64,000 nucleotides of DNA, taken from assembly GCA_964548075.1 (NCBI GenBank), contig CAZJQQ010000004.1, positions 115,872-179,871 on the forward strand, given 5' to 3'. The position numbers and the translations under genes were made by a program. The notes beneath the pieces are model-generated. The model made no database searches. It was not told where the DNA came from and saw nothing but the letters and a program-made list of their open reading frames with translations. Shown in pieces: positions 9,301 through 18,096 of the stretch (positions are counted from its first letter, which is position 1; each line of letters begins with the position of its first letter). Source of the DNA: an uncultured Clostridia bacterium (GTDB lineage Bacteria > Acidobacteriota > Blastocatellia > UBA7656).

Positions 9301-12300
9301 CCTAGGGAGGGGTTCGCGGTCGGACGTATTGCCAACGCGTACTGCGTGCCCGCCGTCAGCGTCGCCGGGCTGGCGAAGTTTCCGGTGTAGAAGATCGCGG
9401 CGCCGCTGGAGAAGCCCGTGATCGTCGCGGACGCGAGGTCGGCTCCCGTGGGCAGGCCACCGCTGGTCGCCCTCACCGAGAGCGTGAGGTTGGGCGTTGT
9501 GCCCGTGCAACCGCTACAGAACAGGTTGATGTCGGCCCTTGTGAGCTGACCTGTGACGGTCGGCGTGAACGTCTGTCCACCCCAGGTCGTGATGGTGATG
9601 CCAAGCCCGAAACCACCGATGGCCTCGTTCAGTTGGTCAAGGTTCTGCTTCGAGAGGAGAATGTTGCCCGCGCTGGTCGTGAGGTCGCACTTCGCCGGAG
9701 TTCCCACGGAGAAGTCAGCCTGCGAGGTATCCGTCAGGCACCCCGTCACAGCCGCCGCGGTGAGCGCGAAGTTGTTCGTCGACGTCCCGCCGTCGGGAAC
9801 AACAACGGGCGTGGTCGTAGCGGAGTTATAGCCCAGAGCGCTGGCCGAGATGCTCGGATACGTCCCTGCCGGTATGTTCGTGAAGGAATAAGTGCCGTTG
9901 ACAGCCGTCGTCGTCATCCGGCTGCCGAACGCGACGCTCGCACCGCTGATCGGCGAGCCGCCCGGAGTCACGGTCACTGTACCGGACACGGTTCCGTTGC
10001 CGATTGCAGTACACGAGGGAAACTTGAAGGAGCCGATCCGCGTCAGGTCATTCAGCCCGTCCGTGGCGTAATACTCCTGCGTATACCAGAAGGTGCACCC
10101 ATCGGTCGGATCGAGGGTCATTGCACTGTAGTCACCCCAGCGGGTACAGGTGCCACCGCACGTGCCCACTTGCGTACCAGTGCCTTGAATGAGATCGACC
10201 TCCGTCTGCGGAAGCGAGCTAAGCGCATCGCCGAACAATCGTCCCGCGTAACGGATCGCGGGTTTCATCGTGCTGTTCGAGGCACTGTAGCCGATCATCA
10301 TATCGCCCGCGCGATCAACTGCTAGACTGGGCATGAAGCGGCTCACGGTGCTGTCGGGGCTATGCGTGGAGACCTGCGTCGGAGCTGCCGCGATGGTACC
10401 GCCCGTGACAACGGTCTGGTACCAGCGGACCCCGGCTTGTCCAGCTACGCTGCCCAGGACGGTGTGCGAGTCCCAGAGCGACTCAACGCCGCCGATGTTC
10501 GTGTACTGGTTCTGCATCATCGACCTGGTGGGGAGCGTGTCGAGATTGTTGCCGCCCAGGGAAGGCACGGTAGCCGGGGGACCCACCCAGCTCGTGCCTG
10601 CAATCGAGGTCGTGACCCCGGTGAACGTCGAGAGAAAGACATTGTTCCAATCGACGTGGAACTTCCAGATTGCCAACGCATTGGTATATGTGCCGGTTCC
10701 GACGAAGTAGTTCGGTGTCCCGGCCGGCGGCGTGCCGGACTGGAGTCGGGCGTTGCTGGGAATAATCGTGAAGACTGTGCCTCCATTCTGGTCCAGCCTT
10801 GGCGCGTCGAACGAAACAATCTGCGGGTTTGCCGCCCCGGCATACATCTGCGCCTTGTTGAACGCCCACTGTCGACTGAAGATGAACGATCCGCTGGTCG
10901 CGCCGAATCCGAACATGTTCGCGTTCATATATATGCCGTCAGGCCAGACGCCCAACTTCGGATAGTCGTTCAGCGCGTCTGGGACTTGGATCGAGTAGAA
11001 GTTCCACCCGCCCACGACCGGGTCGCCGGTCTTCGAGACCGCGAAGCATTGGAACGCACCGGGCGGGTTCACCACGTTGCCTCCGCTAAGCTGGAATGCG
11101 AAGTCCGTGATAATCCAGCGATCCTCAAAGGTGTCGTACAGAACCACGGGATCGCCAAAGTTGTCAGTGTCGCACAAGTTTCCAAAGCTGCCCTGGCTCA
11201 TGAACGTGTTGAAGGTGAAAGCCGCCAACTGAGTACCGGTTTTGTTGTAGATACCAATTGACGTGTTGACCGTCTCAATGTAGTGGTTTGGACCCACGTC
11301 GCCGTTTGTATCTGGCGGGTGGCCGGCGCCCCAGGTGTTGAAATCGAGGCCGTCGAAGTTCGCGATCGGTGAAGGGGCCGGAGCGGCCGGTGCAACTTTC
11401 GGCGCGGCAGGCTTAGACGGCGTTGGGGGTTTCGGTCCTATGAAGAGCGGCTCAAACTCCGGGGCTTCCTTCTCGGGCCGCTCCTTCTTGACCGGTGGAG
11501 TCCTTGGCAAATCTCTAAGGTCGCCATTGAATTCTTTCGCCTTCACCAGATGTAATTCTTTGGGCTTGAGGTTAATGGTTTGGACCGTTGCACTAACTGC
11601 TCGCTCCTGCGTGGGCCCGACCGAACTTCCGTCTTTGGTCGGCGCGGCTGCAATTGCTGAACCTGCGGCAGGAGCAGGATTGAGTTTTCCATTAGCGGTT
11701 TTGGGGGTTGTATCGCCGTTTTCAGCGCTCAAAGTTATCTCACCGCCGGTACCCTCCGCGGATGCGAGCTTCTCTGCCGGCAGATTTTCTGCATCAGCGC
11801 GCTCTGCGGTCGCTGAGACAGGAAGGCCTGTTTGCTCAACTGAACTTCTTTCCGATCGCCCTTGCTGCGCATCAAGTGAAGTCGCGGATGATTGTAATCC
11901 CGTATCAGCCGATTCAGATGACGCTTGCTTGCTGGTTGGGTCCGGCTTGCGGAGGATTGAGAATACCGGGTTCCTTCGCAGGGGCAAAGGCGGCGGCAGG
12001 GGCGAGATTCGGAAGACGCCCTGGCCTACTCCCGGTGAAATGGCCGTGTTCTGACGCTGCGCACGAGGTATTTGCGCGAAACCTTTGCGTTCTAGCTGCT
12101 GTAGCTTCGCGGTTCTTGCCAACTCGCGTATTCGCGAGCCGAGGAGTTTAGCCCGCGCCCGGCGTGCGGCGGCGGATTTCTGTGCGCCATTGCCAAGTAT
12201 GCGTTGAAATGCAGTGGCCGGGCGAGGGGGTCTTGCCTCCTTCGAGCTAAGGGGTCCCACAACTGCAGGCGCAACGGCTGATCTCTGCTCTGCGCCGCTT

Positions 12301-12509
12301 GCTGCCGGTGAAGTCGCGGCGTCTGGCTGGGCACCGGGCAGTTGAGAAGATCTTTTTATGAAGAGCAGGCTGATGCCTGTTGCTAAGATGACAAGGCATA
12401 GCGATACAAGGATCGCTCGCGAGACGTTATTCGTTCGACGACTTGGCTCAGCCGGCGCGCCGGTGACATTCGGTGTGTTCTTAATAGTCATTGGTGCTTT
12501 CTCCTTCAC
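6324..12509 (-). CDS. Giant membrane-anchored surface protein (2061 aa) with a carboxypeptidase-regulatory-like beta-sandwich and a C-terminal peptidase C25 domain
   Basis: N-terminus is nearly identical in pattern to its paralog (TIKNTPNVTGAPAEPSRRTNNVSRAILVSLCLVILATGISLLFIKRSS). Contains GTYSFTNIPAGTY (CarboxypepD_reg-like). C-terminal C25 motifs: VNYTGHGSVDQWRG and MFVMMTCLNGYFQD. Ends ...WILLGDPSMKLK, compared with ...WILFGDPAMRLK in the paralog. Confidence 0.8.
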   Translation of the reverse strand: MKEKAPMTIKNTPNVTGAPAEPSRRTNNVSRAILVSLCLVILATGISLLFIKRSSQLPGAQPDAATSPAASGAEQRSAVAPAVVGPLSSKEARPPRPATAFQRILGNGAQKSAAARRARAKLLGSRIRELARTAKLQQLERKGFAQIPRAQRQNTAISPGVGQGVFRISPLPPPLPLRRNPVFSILRKPDPTSKQASSESADTGLQSSATSLDAQQGRSERSSVEQTGLPVSATAERADAENLPAEKLASAEGTGGEITLSAENGDTTPKTANGKLNPAPAAGSAIAAAPTKDGSSVGPTQERAVSATVQTINLKPKELHLVKAKEFNGDLRDLPRTPPVKKERPEKEAPEFEPLFIGPKPPTPSKPAAPKVAPAAPAPSPIANFDGLDFNTWGAGHPPDTNGDVGPNHYIETVNTSIGIYNKTGTQLAAFTFNTFMSQGSFGNLCDTDNFGDPVVLYDTFEDRWIITDFAFQLSGGNVVNPPGAFQCFAVSKTGDPVVGGWNFYSIQVPDALNDYPKLGVWPDGIYMNANMFGFGATSGSFIFSRQWAFNKAQMYAGAANPQIVSFDAPRLDQNGGTVFTIIPSNARLQSGTPPAGTPNYFVGTGTYTNALAIWKFHVDWNNVFLSTFTGVTTSIAGTSWVGPPATVPSLGGNNLDTLPTRSMMQNQYTNIGGVESLWDSHTVLGSVAGQAGVRWYQTVVTGGTIAAAPTQVSTHSPDSTVSRFMPSLAVDRAGDMMIGYSASNSTMKPAIRYAGRLFGDALSSLPQTEVDLIQGTGTQVGTCGGTCTRWGDYSAMTLDPTDGCTFWYTQEYYATDGLNDLTRIGSFKFPSCTAIGNGTVSGTVTVTPGGSPISGASVAFGSRMTTTAVNGTYSFTNIPAGTYPSISASALGYNSATTTPVVVPDGGTSTNNFALTAAAVTGCLTDTSQADFSVGTPAKCDLTTSAGNILLSKQNLDQLNEAIGGFGLGITITTWGGQTFTPTVTGQLTRADINLFCSGCTGTTPNLTLSVRATSGGLPTGADLASATITGFSSGAAIFYTGNFASPATLTAGTQYALAIRPTANPSLGTYAITRTGSSTTGASLYAGGDRVNGATSGTVWTVPLTGGVVTDAGFRTFMTTPSGTFVSSLKDANPAVGLVPTWPTLSWNATVPANTTLQFQVAASTSDVGPFNFVGPDGTAATFFTTSGASLTQFNGNRYLKYKAYLSTTDSTVTPTVNDVTVCFDDTAPTDATLNWFTADGYAATPNSPNGGVLLRWQTGYEVANLGFHIYREDAGKRVRVTPDFVAGSALFVGARTVLGAGRSYVWRDSQGSNADSMYWLESIDLDGSSIWYGPVRGTTGGVKKLSSADVEPQSKLIGELTGSADADGTTSPLEPRTTQIPMTIAGLASQAIIAGQSAVKISVQREGWYQVSQSELAAAGLDSRVDPRLLRLSVDGQEQPINVVTEKDGRLSAIEFYGIGVDSAYTNLRTYWLTAGDQPGKRIGQNNAAGPDATGGTFPYAVERRDHSIYFSGLRNGDKENFFGSVIARDPVDQSLSLSRVETGSSDGATLEVALQGVTTAAHNVTVELNGSYAGTISFNSQSEGVGRFNVQAPQLREGQNVLRLTSRGGPSDISLVDYIRLTYPHRYTAEGNALRFTVAGKQMVTVDGFSSPAIRVLDITNPAAVQELIGTVQQQKSGGYAVSLNPQSAEPRTLLAIAGDMSKPVSLAPNSPSSWRQPGNGANLVILTRREFFASLGSLVSLRQKQGYSVAVVDIEDVYDEFSYGQKTTQAVKDFLAYAATTWKKAPRFVMLAGDASFDPKNYLGFGDSDLVPTKLIDTQYMETASDDWLVDFNGDGLPDMAIGRLPARSATEALRLATKIASYDGQPSAGTLLLVNDHNDTYDFGSASNLLRGFIPPNIRVETVDRAHLDDATAKARLIDAINRGQIIVNYTGHGSVDQWRGNILTSADAAGLTNAGELSMFVMMTCLNGYFQDAALDSLAESLLKANGGAVAVWGSSGMTTPDIQAILNQQVFGMIFNGTPITIGEATARSKAAVTNGDVRRTWILLGDPSMKLK

Positions 12510-12649
12510 TGCTCAGGTAAGCCATAATCCATCCGGCCCTGCATGCATCTTGAGCGGCTGGTTTCAATTCGAACGGGGGCGCCGTCAACGTCTGTCAGAT
12601 ACTTCCCCGGCCGAAGTTTGATCGTTCTGCTTGTGAATTGCCGCCCGCA

Positions 12650-12678
12650 ATACTATCCACCTTTCACTTTGACATCAA
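12650..12678 (-). promoter_or_regulatory. Sigma70-like promoter for the 6324..12509 gene: TTGATG, 17-nt spacer, TAGTAT
   Basis: Minus strand reads TTGATGtcaaagtgaaaggtggaTAGTAT. It is a duplicate of the promoter and leader at 6095..6123. Confidence 0.4.
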
Positions 12679-12763
12679 GGGGAGGACGGGGAAATAAACG
12701 AAAGAGAATCGGGGAATATCGTGTCTGGATATGTTCACGAGCAGGAGGATGGCGGGAGACCGG

Positions 12764-13240
12764 CTAGATGAACACAAATCGATCCGCTAGAGCGAAATTG
12801 ACCAACGAGCAGAGGCCAATCGTGATCAGGTTCGCGGCATAAGGGTTGACCTTGAGCACGCTCACCAGTATGAACATAAGGGCTAGATTGCCAATCAGTG
12901 ACATCGCTCCGTTCGTTGCGTTGAACCGCAGCAGTGCAAGCGTGCCATGAGAACTTGCACGGTCAGCCCACGTCCATCTTCTGTGCCAAACGAAATTGTT
13001 CAGCACCGATGCCTCGACCGCCAATGCGGTCGCCATTAGATAGTGCATTCCTCCAACGCGCATCAGAACTGCGAGCGTCACCGTTTGCACGATGACGCCG
13101 CCAGCTCCGACCGCGCTGAACTTTGCGAACCGATGGAAGACTCCCTGTGAGCGCGCACGACCCGCTCGCCTTGCGACTTCATTCCGGGATATGTGCGCGC
13201 TCTCTTCGCGGGCTTCGGCAACCGGGTGAAAGCAGTCCAT
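12764..13240 (-). CDS. GtrA family membrane protein
   Basis: FAKFSAVGAGGVIVQTVTLAVLMRVGG...NNFVWHRRWTW...NFALADRFVF is the typical GtrA signature. The ATG overlaps the stop of the upstream gene by 1 nt (TGATG). Confidence 0.7.
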   Translation of the reverse strand: MDCFHPVAEAREESAHISRNEVARRAGRARSQGVFHRFAKFSAVGAGGVIVQTVTLAVLMRVGGMHYLMATALAVEASVLNNFVWHRRWTWADRASSHGTLALLRFNATNGAMSLIGNLALMFILVSVLKVNPYAANLITIGLCSLVNFALADRFVFI

Positions 13241-13950
13241 CAAACTCTCTCCGCGCGATACAGCGTTATCGTGTTTCGCGTGACGGACACCACCAGCACG
13301 ACTGTCATCAGCGCCATCGCGACAACTGCGCCGACATCGAAGAACAAGTACCGGTCGCCAAATGCGTGCGTGGCCGGATGTGACATTGCTCTGATATTGC
13401 CGATCGCGAGCAGTATCCTTAACTCGGTCGGACTGAACTTATAAAAAGAGAGCTTGAAAGTTCCAATCGTATAAGTCGCAAGGTAAACATCAATCGAGAT
13501 CATGAAATAAACCACCAGCACCGCGAGAGCGATCGTCCACGTCATGTAGCCCGACAGCGCCAAGCCGCAGATGATGAACAAAATGCCGAACGCGTCGATG
13601 ATGTGATCCACGTAGAACCCGTACCGAGGCCGCTGCTTGTTCCGCGTCCGGGCGAGCGTGCCGTCAAGGCTGTCGCCAAACCAGTTGATCGCCAGGCACA
13701 GGTTGACGATCAGAAGCGCCGGCGCCCACCACTTCGCGAGCGCGTAACACACGCCCGCCACGAACATCGCGCCGAAGCCGAGCAGTGTCAGGTGGTCTGG
13801 CTTGACCCACGGCGGCATGTTTCGCGCAAGCCAACTCAGACAGACCCGCTCGAGCGGCGCGAGCAGGCTTGTCTGCTGCCTGACCGCGCTCTTGAATTCC
13901 GGAGTCAGGATCGGCCCTACTGCGGGATTGCTAACGGATGTTTGGTTCAT
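13240..13950 (-). CDS. CDP-alcohol phosphatidyltransferase family protein
   Basis: Motif DHLTLLG....GDSLDGTLAR....D...D with multiple TM helices. Start chosen at MNQTSVSNP (ATG at 13950), which overlaps the upstream stop as ATGA. The longer ORF up to 14199 is Arg/Cys-rich and not protein-like. Confidence 0.75.
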   Translation of the reverse strand: MNQTSVSNPAVGPILTPEFKSAVRQQTSLLAPLERVCLSWLARNMPPWVKPDHLTLLGFGAMFVAGVCYALAKWWAPALLIVNLCLAINWFGDSLDGTLARTRNKQRPRYGFYVDHIIDAFGILFIICGLALSGYMTWTIALAVLVVYFMISIDVYLATYTIGTFKLSFYKFSPTELRILLAIGNIRAMSHPATHAFGDRYLFFDVGAVVAMALMTVVLVVSVTRNTITLYRAERV

Positions 13951-14384
13951 ACTTGCCTCGCCATATTCTTCACTGCAGCGTAAGCGTCGAGCGGTGACAG
14001 CAAAACGATGATCAACCAGATGGGAATCGAGATCAGGGCGAGGATCACTCGCTTGATAAAGGCGCTTTGATGTTCCGTCGAAGGCGCCGCCAGGGCGCCG
14101 GTGACCACAGCATTGACGAGCGGCCCCGAAATCCTGCGATACACATCCGTCCGGGCGCCGGCCGCTAGCGCTATGGTTGCAAACAACGCCGCGCTGCATG
14201 CGGCGGCTCCGGCCGGCAGATCCTGCATCGGATTAGGGCCTGCGCCCTCCTCGCCGGGCTGCCGCGCGCCGCACCTTCTGCAAAACTTGTCGCGTTCGAG
14301 CAGCCCCGAGTCGCACTCGGTGCAAGCCTTAACGGCAACCGTTCTCGCTTCTTGTTGCAGCTCATCCATAACAACCACCCGCAT
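13947..14384 (-). CDS. Zinc-ribbon domain membrane protein
   Basis: CTECDSGLLERDKFCRRCGARQ zinc ribbon followed by two or three TM segments. Translationally coupled (ATGA) to the CDP-alcohol phosphatidyltransferase gene. Confidence 0.45.
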   Translation of the reverse strand: MRVVVMDELQQEARTVAVKACTECDSGLLERDKFCRRCGARQPGEEGAGPNPMQDLPAGAAACSAALFATIALAAGARTDVYRRISGPLVNAVVTGALAAPSTEHQSAFIKRVILALISIPIWLIIVLLSPLDAYAAVKNMARQV

Positions 14385-14553
14385 CGAAGTGTTGTGCGTC
14401 CCCGATGCCTCAAGTCCACCGCCTGCAAGGGCAACCGTGATGCCACAAGCATTCTGTCAAAAGGGCGCCGAAAAACGGCCAGATTTGACAAAGACAGATG
14501 CGATGAGAGAAGAGCGAGCGCAGTAAAAATCTGACACTCGGCTCAGTCTGGTT

Positions 14554-14661
14554 GATGCGTGAGGCGTGATGCGTGATCCGTGAAACGTGATAGATGGTTG
14601 TTCGCGCCGCCTATTCTGGTCACGGATCTCGCATCACCCTTCACGGATCTCGCATCACGTC
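14554..14661. promoter_or_regulatory. Operator-like array: three copies of an 18-nt motif (one inverted, two direct) in a divergent promoter region
   Basis: gtgatgcgTgatccgtga at about 14567..14584. tcacggatctcgcatcac appears twice at about 14620..14637 and 14641..14658. It lies between the divergently transcribed 13947..14384 operon and the 14758 gene. Confidence 0.4.
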
Positions 14662-14757
14662 TTGATTATTGCCATTGCAAACAGCGGTTTGTTACTATCC
14701 TCGTTAGCTGAGGAGTCCGCAGCTACAGCTCCCGTATCCGTGCCGGAGGAAGAATCA

Positions 14758-15366
14758 ATGAAATCCTTGCCGCGCGCGCTGGTGATGATTGCACTGGCGC
14801 TCTCATTCATCGGTGTTGTTGCCTTTGCCCGAGAACTCGGCGCGCGTGAGGCCCGTGAGAAAATCGCGCAAGCGCTCGGGTTCGACAAGCCCGACAACGT
14901 GCACATCAAAAACATCAGCCGTGGCATGGGAAGCGAGACAATCGTCGAAGCTCAGTTCGAAGCGGCGTTCCGATTCACGACGGATAAAGATGGAAAGTGG
15001 CAAGCGGTCGAAGTCCGGGCTGGCGACCGCAACTGGGAATCGATCGAGCTGATACAGACCGCCCTTCGCAAAGAGAAGGCGTTGAGGACCGGCGCGGAGC
15101 TTCGCACGATTGCGACCGCGCTTGAAGCTTATCGCCGCGATAGCGGTTCCTATGTCGATGCAAATAGCGGTTCCGCGCTGATCGATCATCTTGCACCACG
15201 CTATATGAGTTCGATCATCAGGCTCGATGCCTGGTCCCGCGAGTTGACCTACAAGGGCTCGCCTGGCGGCTACCGGCTTTCGAGCCTCGGACCCGACGGA
15301 AAGCCGGACACAGATGACGACATCGTTTTCGAGAACGGCCGGTTGGTAAAGGGAGCCAATGAGTGA
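14758..15366 (+). CDS. Secreted protein with type II secretion GspG-like C-terminal domain (T2SSG fold), no prepilin leader
   Basis: Start ATG at 14758 with GGAGGA 8 nt upstream. Signal peptide MKSLPRALVMIALALSFIGVVAFA. C-terminal ...LEAYRRDSGSYVD...LDAWSRELTYKGSPGGYRLSSLGPDGKPDTDDDIVF matches the pseudopilin G C-terminal pattern. The upstream extension to 14587 translates the repeat array. Confidence 0.6.
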   Translation: MKSLPRALVMIALALSFIGVVAFARELGAREAREKIAQALGFDKPDNVHIKNISRGMGSETIVEAQFEAAFRFTTDKDGKWQAVEVRAGDRNWESIELIQTALRKEKALRTGAELRTIATALEAYRRDSGSYVDANSGSALIDHLAPRYMSSIIRLDAWSRELTYKGSPGGYRLSSLGPDGKPDTDDDIVFENGRLVKGANE

Positions 15367-15872
15367 CGCGAGACCCGGAAGAAACTCACAGCCGCGTTGC
15401 CGCTGCTCATCGAACCGCCCTCACGTTGGTGCTGGCTCTAGCGATGAGCATTGTGATCTACGCCGGCGTGGGGCTACTGATCCTGAATCTTCGGGGCGCC
15501 AGTACGCAAGCGCAGCTCCCGTACTCGTTCTACGCGGCAGCAGCCGTGCTCGCGATCGGTTCGATTCTGCTTCGACGCGCGCAGTTGCACAGGATGAAGC
15601 TGGAAGTCGTGGCCGGAACGCGCGGCGTCGAGGGGCTCATCAAGCATTTGCTGAACGCGACGATCCTGGCCGCCGCTATCGCAGAGGTGATTGGCGTGCT
15701 GGCGTTGGTGGTCGCCTTCTTTGGCGGCGATCAGAATGACGTGATAAGGCTCGGGGTTGTCGCCCTGGCGGTCTCGCTGTACAACTACCCGAGGCGGTCG
15801 GCGTGGCAGCGAGCAGTGGATTATTTCTCCGCGACAAACGCGGGCACGAGTGAGGGCAGGTTAGGCCTGTGA
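15363..15872 (+). CDS. Hypothetical integral membrane protein (4 TM)
   Basis: ATGA overlap with the upstream gene. Hydrophobic helices, for example LTLVLALAMSIVIYAGVGLLIL and VIGVLALVVAFFGG. Confidence 0.5.
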   Translation: MTRDPEETHSRVAAAHRTALTLVLALAMSIVIYAGVGLLILNLRGASTQAQLPYSFYAAAAVLAIGSILLRRAQLHRMKLEVVAGTRGVEGLIKHLLNATILAAAIAEVIGVLALVVAFFGGDQNDVIRLGVVALAVSLYNYPRRSAWQRAVDYFSATNAGTSEGRLGL

Positions 15873-15878
15873 CCGGAA

Positions 15879-15956
15879 GTAGCATAGACTTTAGTCTGTG
15901 TCCGGTGGATTATTCAGTCTATCGATATGACTGCCACAGACTAAAGTCTATGATAC
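15879..15956. repeat. Palindromic element family P1: 22-bp inverted arms gtagcatagactttagtctgtg with a 34-nt loop; second copy at 57402..57478
   Basis: catagactttagtctgtg ... cacagactaaagtctatg, followed by TTTT. It lies between the 15363..15872 gene and the TPR gene, 26 nt before the TPR start. Confidence 0.8.
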
Positions 15957-15981
15957 TTTTCGGCATAGAAAGGGAGCGATT

Positions 15982-18096
15982 TTGAGAAACAAAAAATTCA
16001 CAGCCAGCGCGGCTCTTGCTCTGGTGATGGCACTAGCAGGTGCCGCGAACGTGGAATCGGCCTCGGGAGCCGGTTTCAGGGCTCAAGAAAATTCGCAGTC
16101 AGCGAGCGCCGACAAACGCGCCGACGCGCTGAAGAAGTACCTCGAGGCAAAGCGGCTAGACGAGGCGGGCAACTATCCCGGCGCGGTCGCTGCGTACAAG
16201 GAGGCACTGGCGTTGGACCCGCAGTCCGTCGAGCTGAGAACGGCGCTCGGTTCGTTATTCCTGAAAAACCGCAACGTCATCGACGCCGAGGCCCAGGCGA
16301 AAGAGGCGATGAAGCTGGCACCCGATAGCATCGACGTGCGCAAGCTGCTGGCTCGCATCTATATTTCCCAGACCTTCGTTGGCACAACTCTGGTCAAAGA
16401 GAAGGCTCGCGCCGCGATAAAGGAGCTCGAGGAGATTGCTCGTCTCAGCCCGAACGCCAAGATCGAGGTGGGCGATCAGGAACAGGCTGTTCTGGCGATC
16501 ATCGGCGAGATGTACTGGACGCTCGACGAACAGGACAAGGCGCTCGACGCATTTAAGCGCGTTTCCGAGGGCAGCTCGACGGCCGATCGCGCGCACTATC
16601 AACTCGCGCAGCTCTACTCTCAGAAAAACAAGTTCCGCGAAGCCGCCACCGCGGCGCGCAAGGCTTATGACATTGATCCCAAGTCGCCTGCGTACGCGGG
16701 ACTGCTCGCCAGATCGCTGCTGCGCATCGGGCGCACGCAAGAAGCGTTGGATATTTACAAGAAAGCTATCGGGATCAAGGAAGTCGCGAGCAAGGACCCC
16801 AAGAAACCCGCCGAAACCGCGACGTCCGGGGACAAGGATGATGAAGAGACAGGGGTGCTCATCAACTCTCCGCTGCTGCTCGACTACTTGGAAGCGTTGG
16901 TGTACTCGGGCCGCTACGACGAAGCAAACAAGCGGCTTGATCCGTTGATCAAGGTCGTCCGCAAAGACACCCCTGCCTATTTGAATTTGATCAGGGTGAA
17001 GGGGGACGTGTTGAGGAGAACCGGCAAGCGCGAAGAGGCTGTGCAGTTGTTCGAAACCGCGCTCAAGGGACAGGACGTGTCCGACAGCCTGCAGGTCGTG
17101 TACGCGCTCGCGGAGACCTACGAAGAGATGCTCCAGTTTGATAAGGCGGTCTCAACGTATGAAGATGCGCTCACGTCGATCGTCAACCCTGATGGAACTG
17201 TGGGCGCGCGTGAAGGGGAGAAGCAAGCCGCCGAGGTCGTGCTTCAGCGAATAGCTCTCGCGTACCGCGTGGCCGGTAAACGCGACAAGGCGATGGAAAC
17301 CTTCGAGCGCATGAAAAAAGTCGTGGGCAAGGATCGGCCGCGCGCCGACCAGCTCATCGTGGACACATTGATCAACGAGGGCAAATACAAAGAGGCGCTC
17401 GCCGCTGCGACCGATGCCGCCGCGCGATTCCCTGACGAGCGCTCGTTCAAGCTCTATCGCGCGCAGTCCGCCGGCCGTCTCGGCGACGTGGCAACGGCTG
17501 ACGCGACGCTGAAGTCGTTGCTGAAGGACGGGCCCGAGGACGCTGACGTATACCTGTTCTGGTCAAGCGTGCAGCTCGAGGCTAACCAGGTGAAGGAAGC
17601 TGAAGAGAGCGCGCGCAAGGCCGTCGCGCTCGAGCCGAATGACGTCGGTCCGCTGGTTACTCTGGCGAGCGTGCAGGACAGAGAGAAAAAGTACAAAGAA
17701 TCTGAAGCCACCTTAAGGAAGGCGCTCGAGATTGACCCGGACAACGCCACGGTGTTGAACAACCTCGGCTACTTTCTTGCGGACCGGAACGAGCGGCTGG
17801 CTGAAGCGGAAGCGCTGATACGACGAGCGGTGAACATCGAGCCTACGAACGGGTCGTTCCTGGATTCGCTCGGATGGCTGCTGTACAGACAGGGCAAGCT
17901 CGCGGAAGCGCAAAAGTATTTGGAGCAAGCGGTCATCTATCAACAGCGTTCAAGTACGATCCACGATCATCTTGGCGATCTGTACAAGAAACAGGGACAG
18001 ATGGATAAGGCTCGCGCGAAGTGGGAAGACGCGCTGAGGCTCGCGACCGAGCCGGATGAGATAAAGAAGATCAAGGAGAAGCTGGGGAAGAAGTAG
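15982..18096 (+). CDS. Tetratricopeptide-repeat (TPR) protein, secreted
   Basis: TTG start with AGGGAG SD. Signal peptide [29 protein letters not shown]. Many TPR-like units ([33 protein letters not shown], ...). Confidence 0.85.
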   Translation: MRNKKFTASAALALVMALAGAANVESASGAGFRAQENSQSASADKRADALKKYLEAKRLDEAGNYPGAVAAYKEALALDPQSVELRTALGSLFLKNRNVIDAEAQAKEAMKLAPDSIDVRKLLARIYISQTFVGTTLVKEKARAAIKELEEIARLSPNAKIEVGDQEQAVLAIIGEMYWTLDEQDKALDAFKRVSEGSSTADRAHYQLAQLYSQKNKFREAATAARKAYDIDPKSPAYAGLLARSLLRIGRTQEALDIYKKAIGIKEVASKDPKKPAETATSGDKDDEETGVLINSPLLLDYLEALVYSGRYDEANKRLDPLIKVVRKDTPAYLNLIRVKGDVLRRTGKREEAVQLFETALKGQDVSDSLQVVYALAETYEEMLQFDKAVSTYEDALTSIVNPDGTVGAREGEKQAAEVVLQRIALAYRVAGKRDKAMETFERMKKVVGKDRPRADQLIVDTLINEGKYKEALAAATDAAARFPDERSFKLYRAQSAGRLGDVATADATLKSLLKDGPEDADVYLFWSSVQLEANQVKEAEESARKAVALEPNDVGPLVTLASVQDREKKYKESEATLRKALEIDPDNATVLNNLGYFLADRNERLAEAEALIRRAVNIEPTNGSFLDSLGWLLYRQGKLAEAQKYLEQAVIYQQRSSTIHDHLGDLYKKQGQMDKARAKWEDALRLATEPDEIKKIKEKLGKK

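Noticed and set aside
13950-14199. N-terminal 83-aa extension of the CDP-alcohol phosphatidyltransferase ORF
   Set aside because: The extension is Arg/Cys/Gly-rich and non-protein-like. It would also overlap the upstream Zn-ribbon gene. ATG 13950 gives the ATGA coupling and a typical family N-terminus.
14587-14757. N-terminal extension of the GspG-like gene from 14587
   Set aside because: It translates the operator-like repeat array (SRISHHPSRISHH). ATG 14758 has a strong SD and starts a canonical signal peptide.
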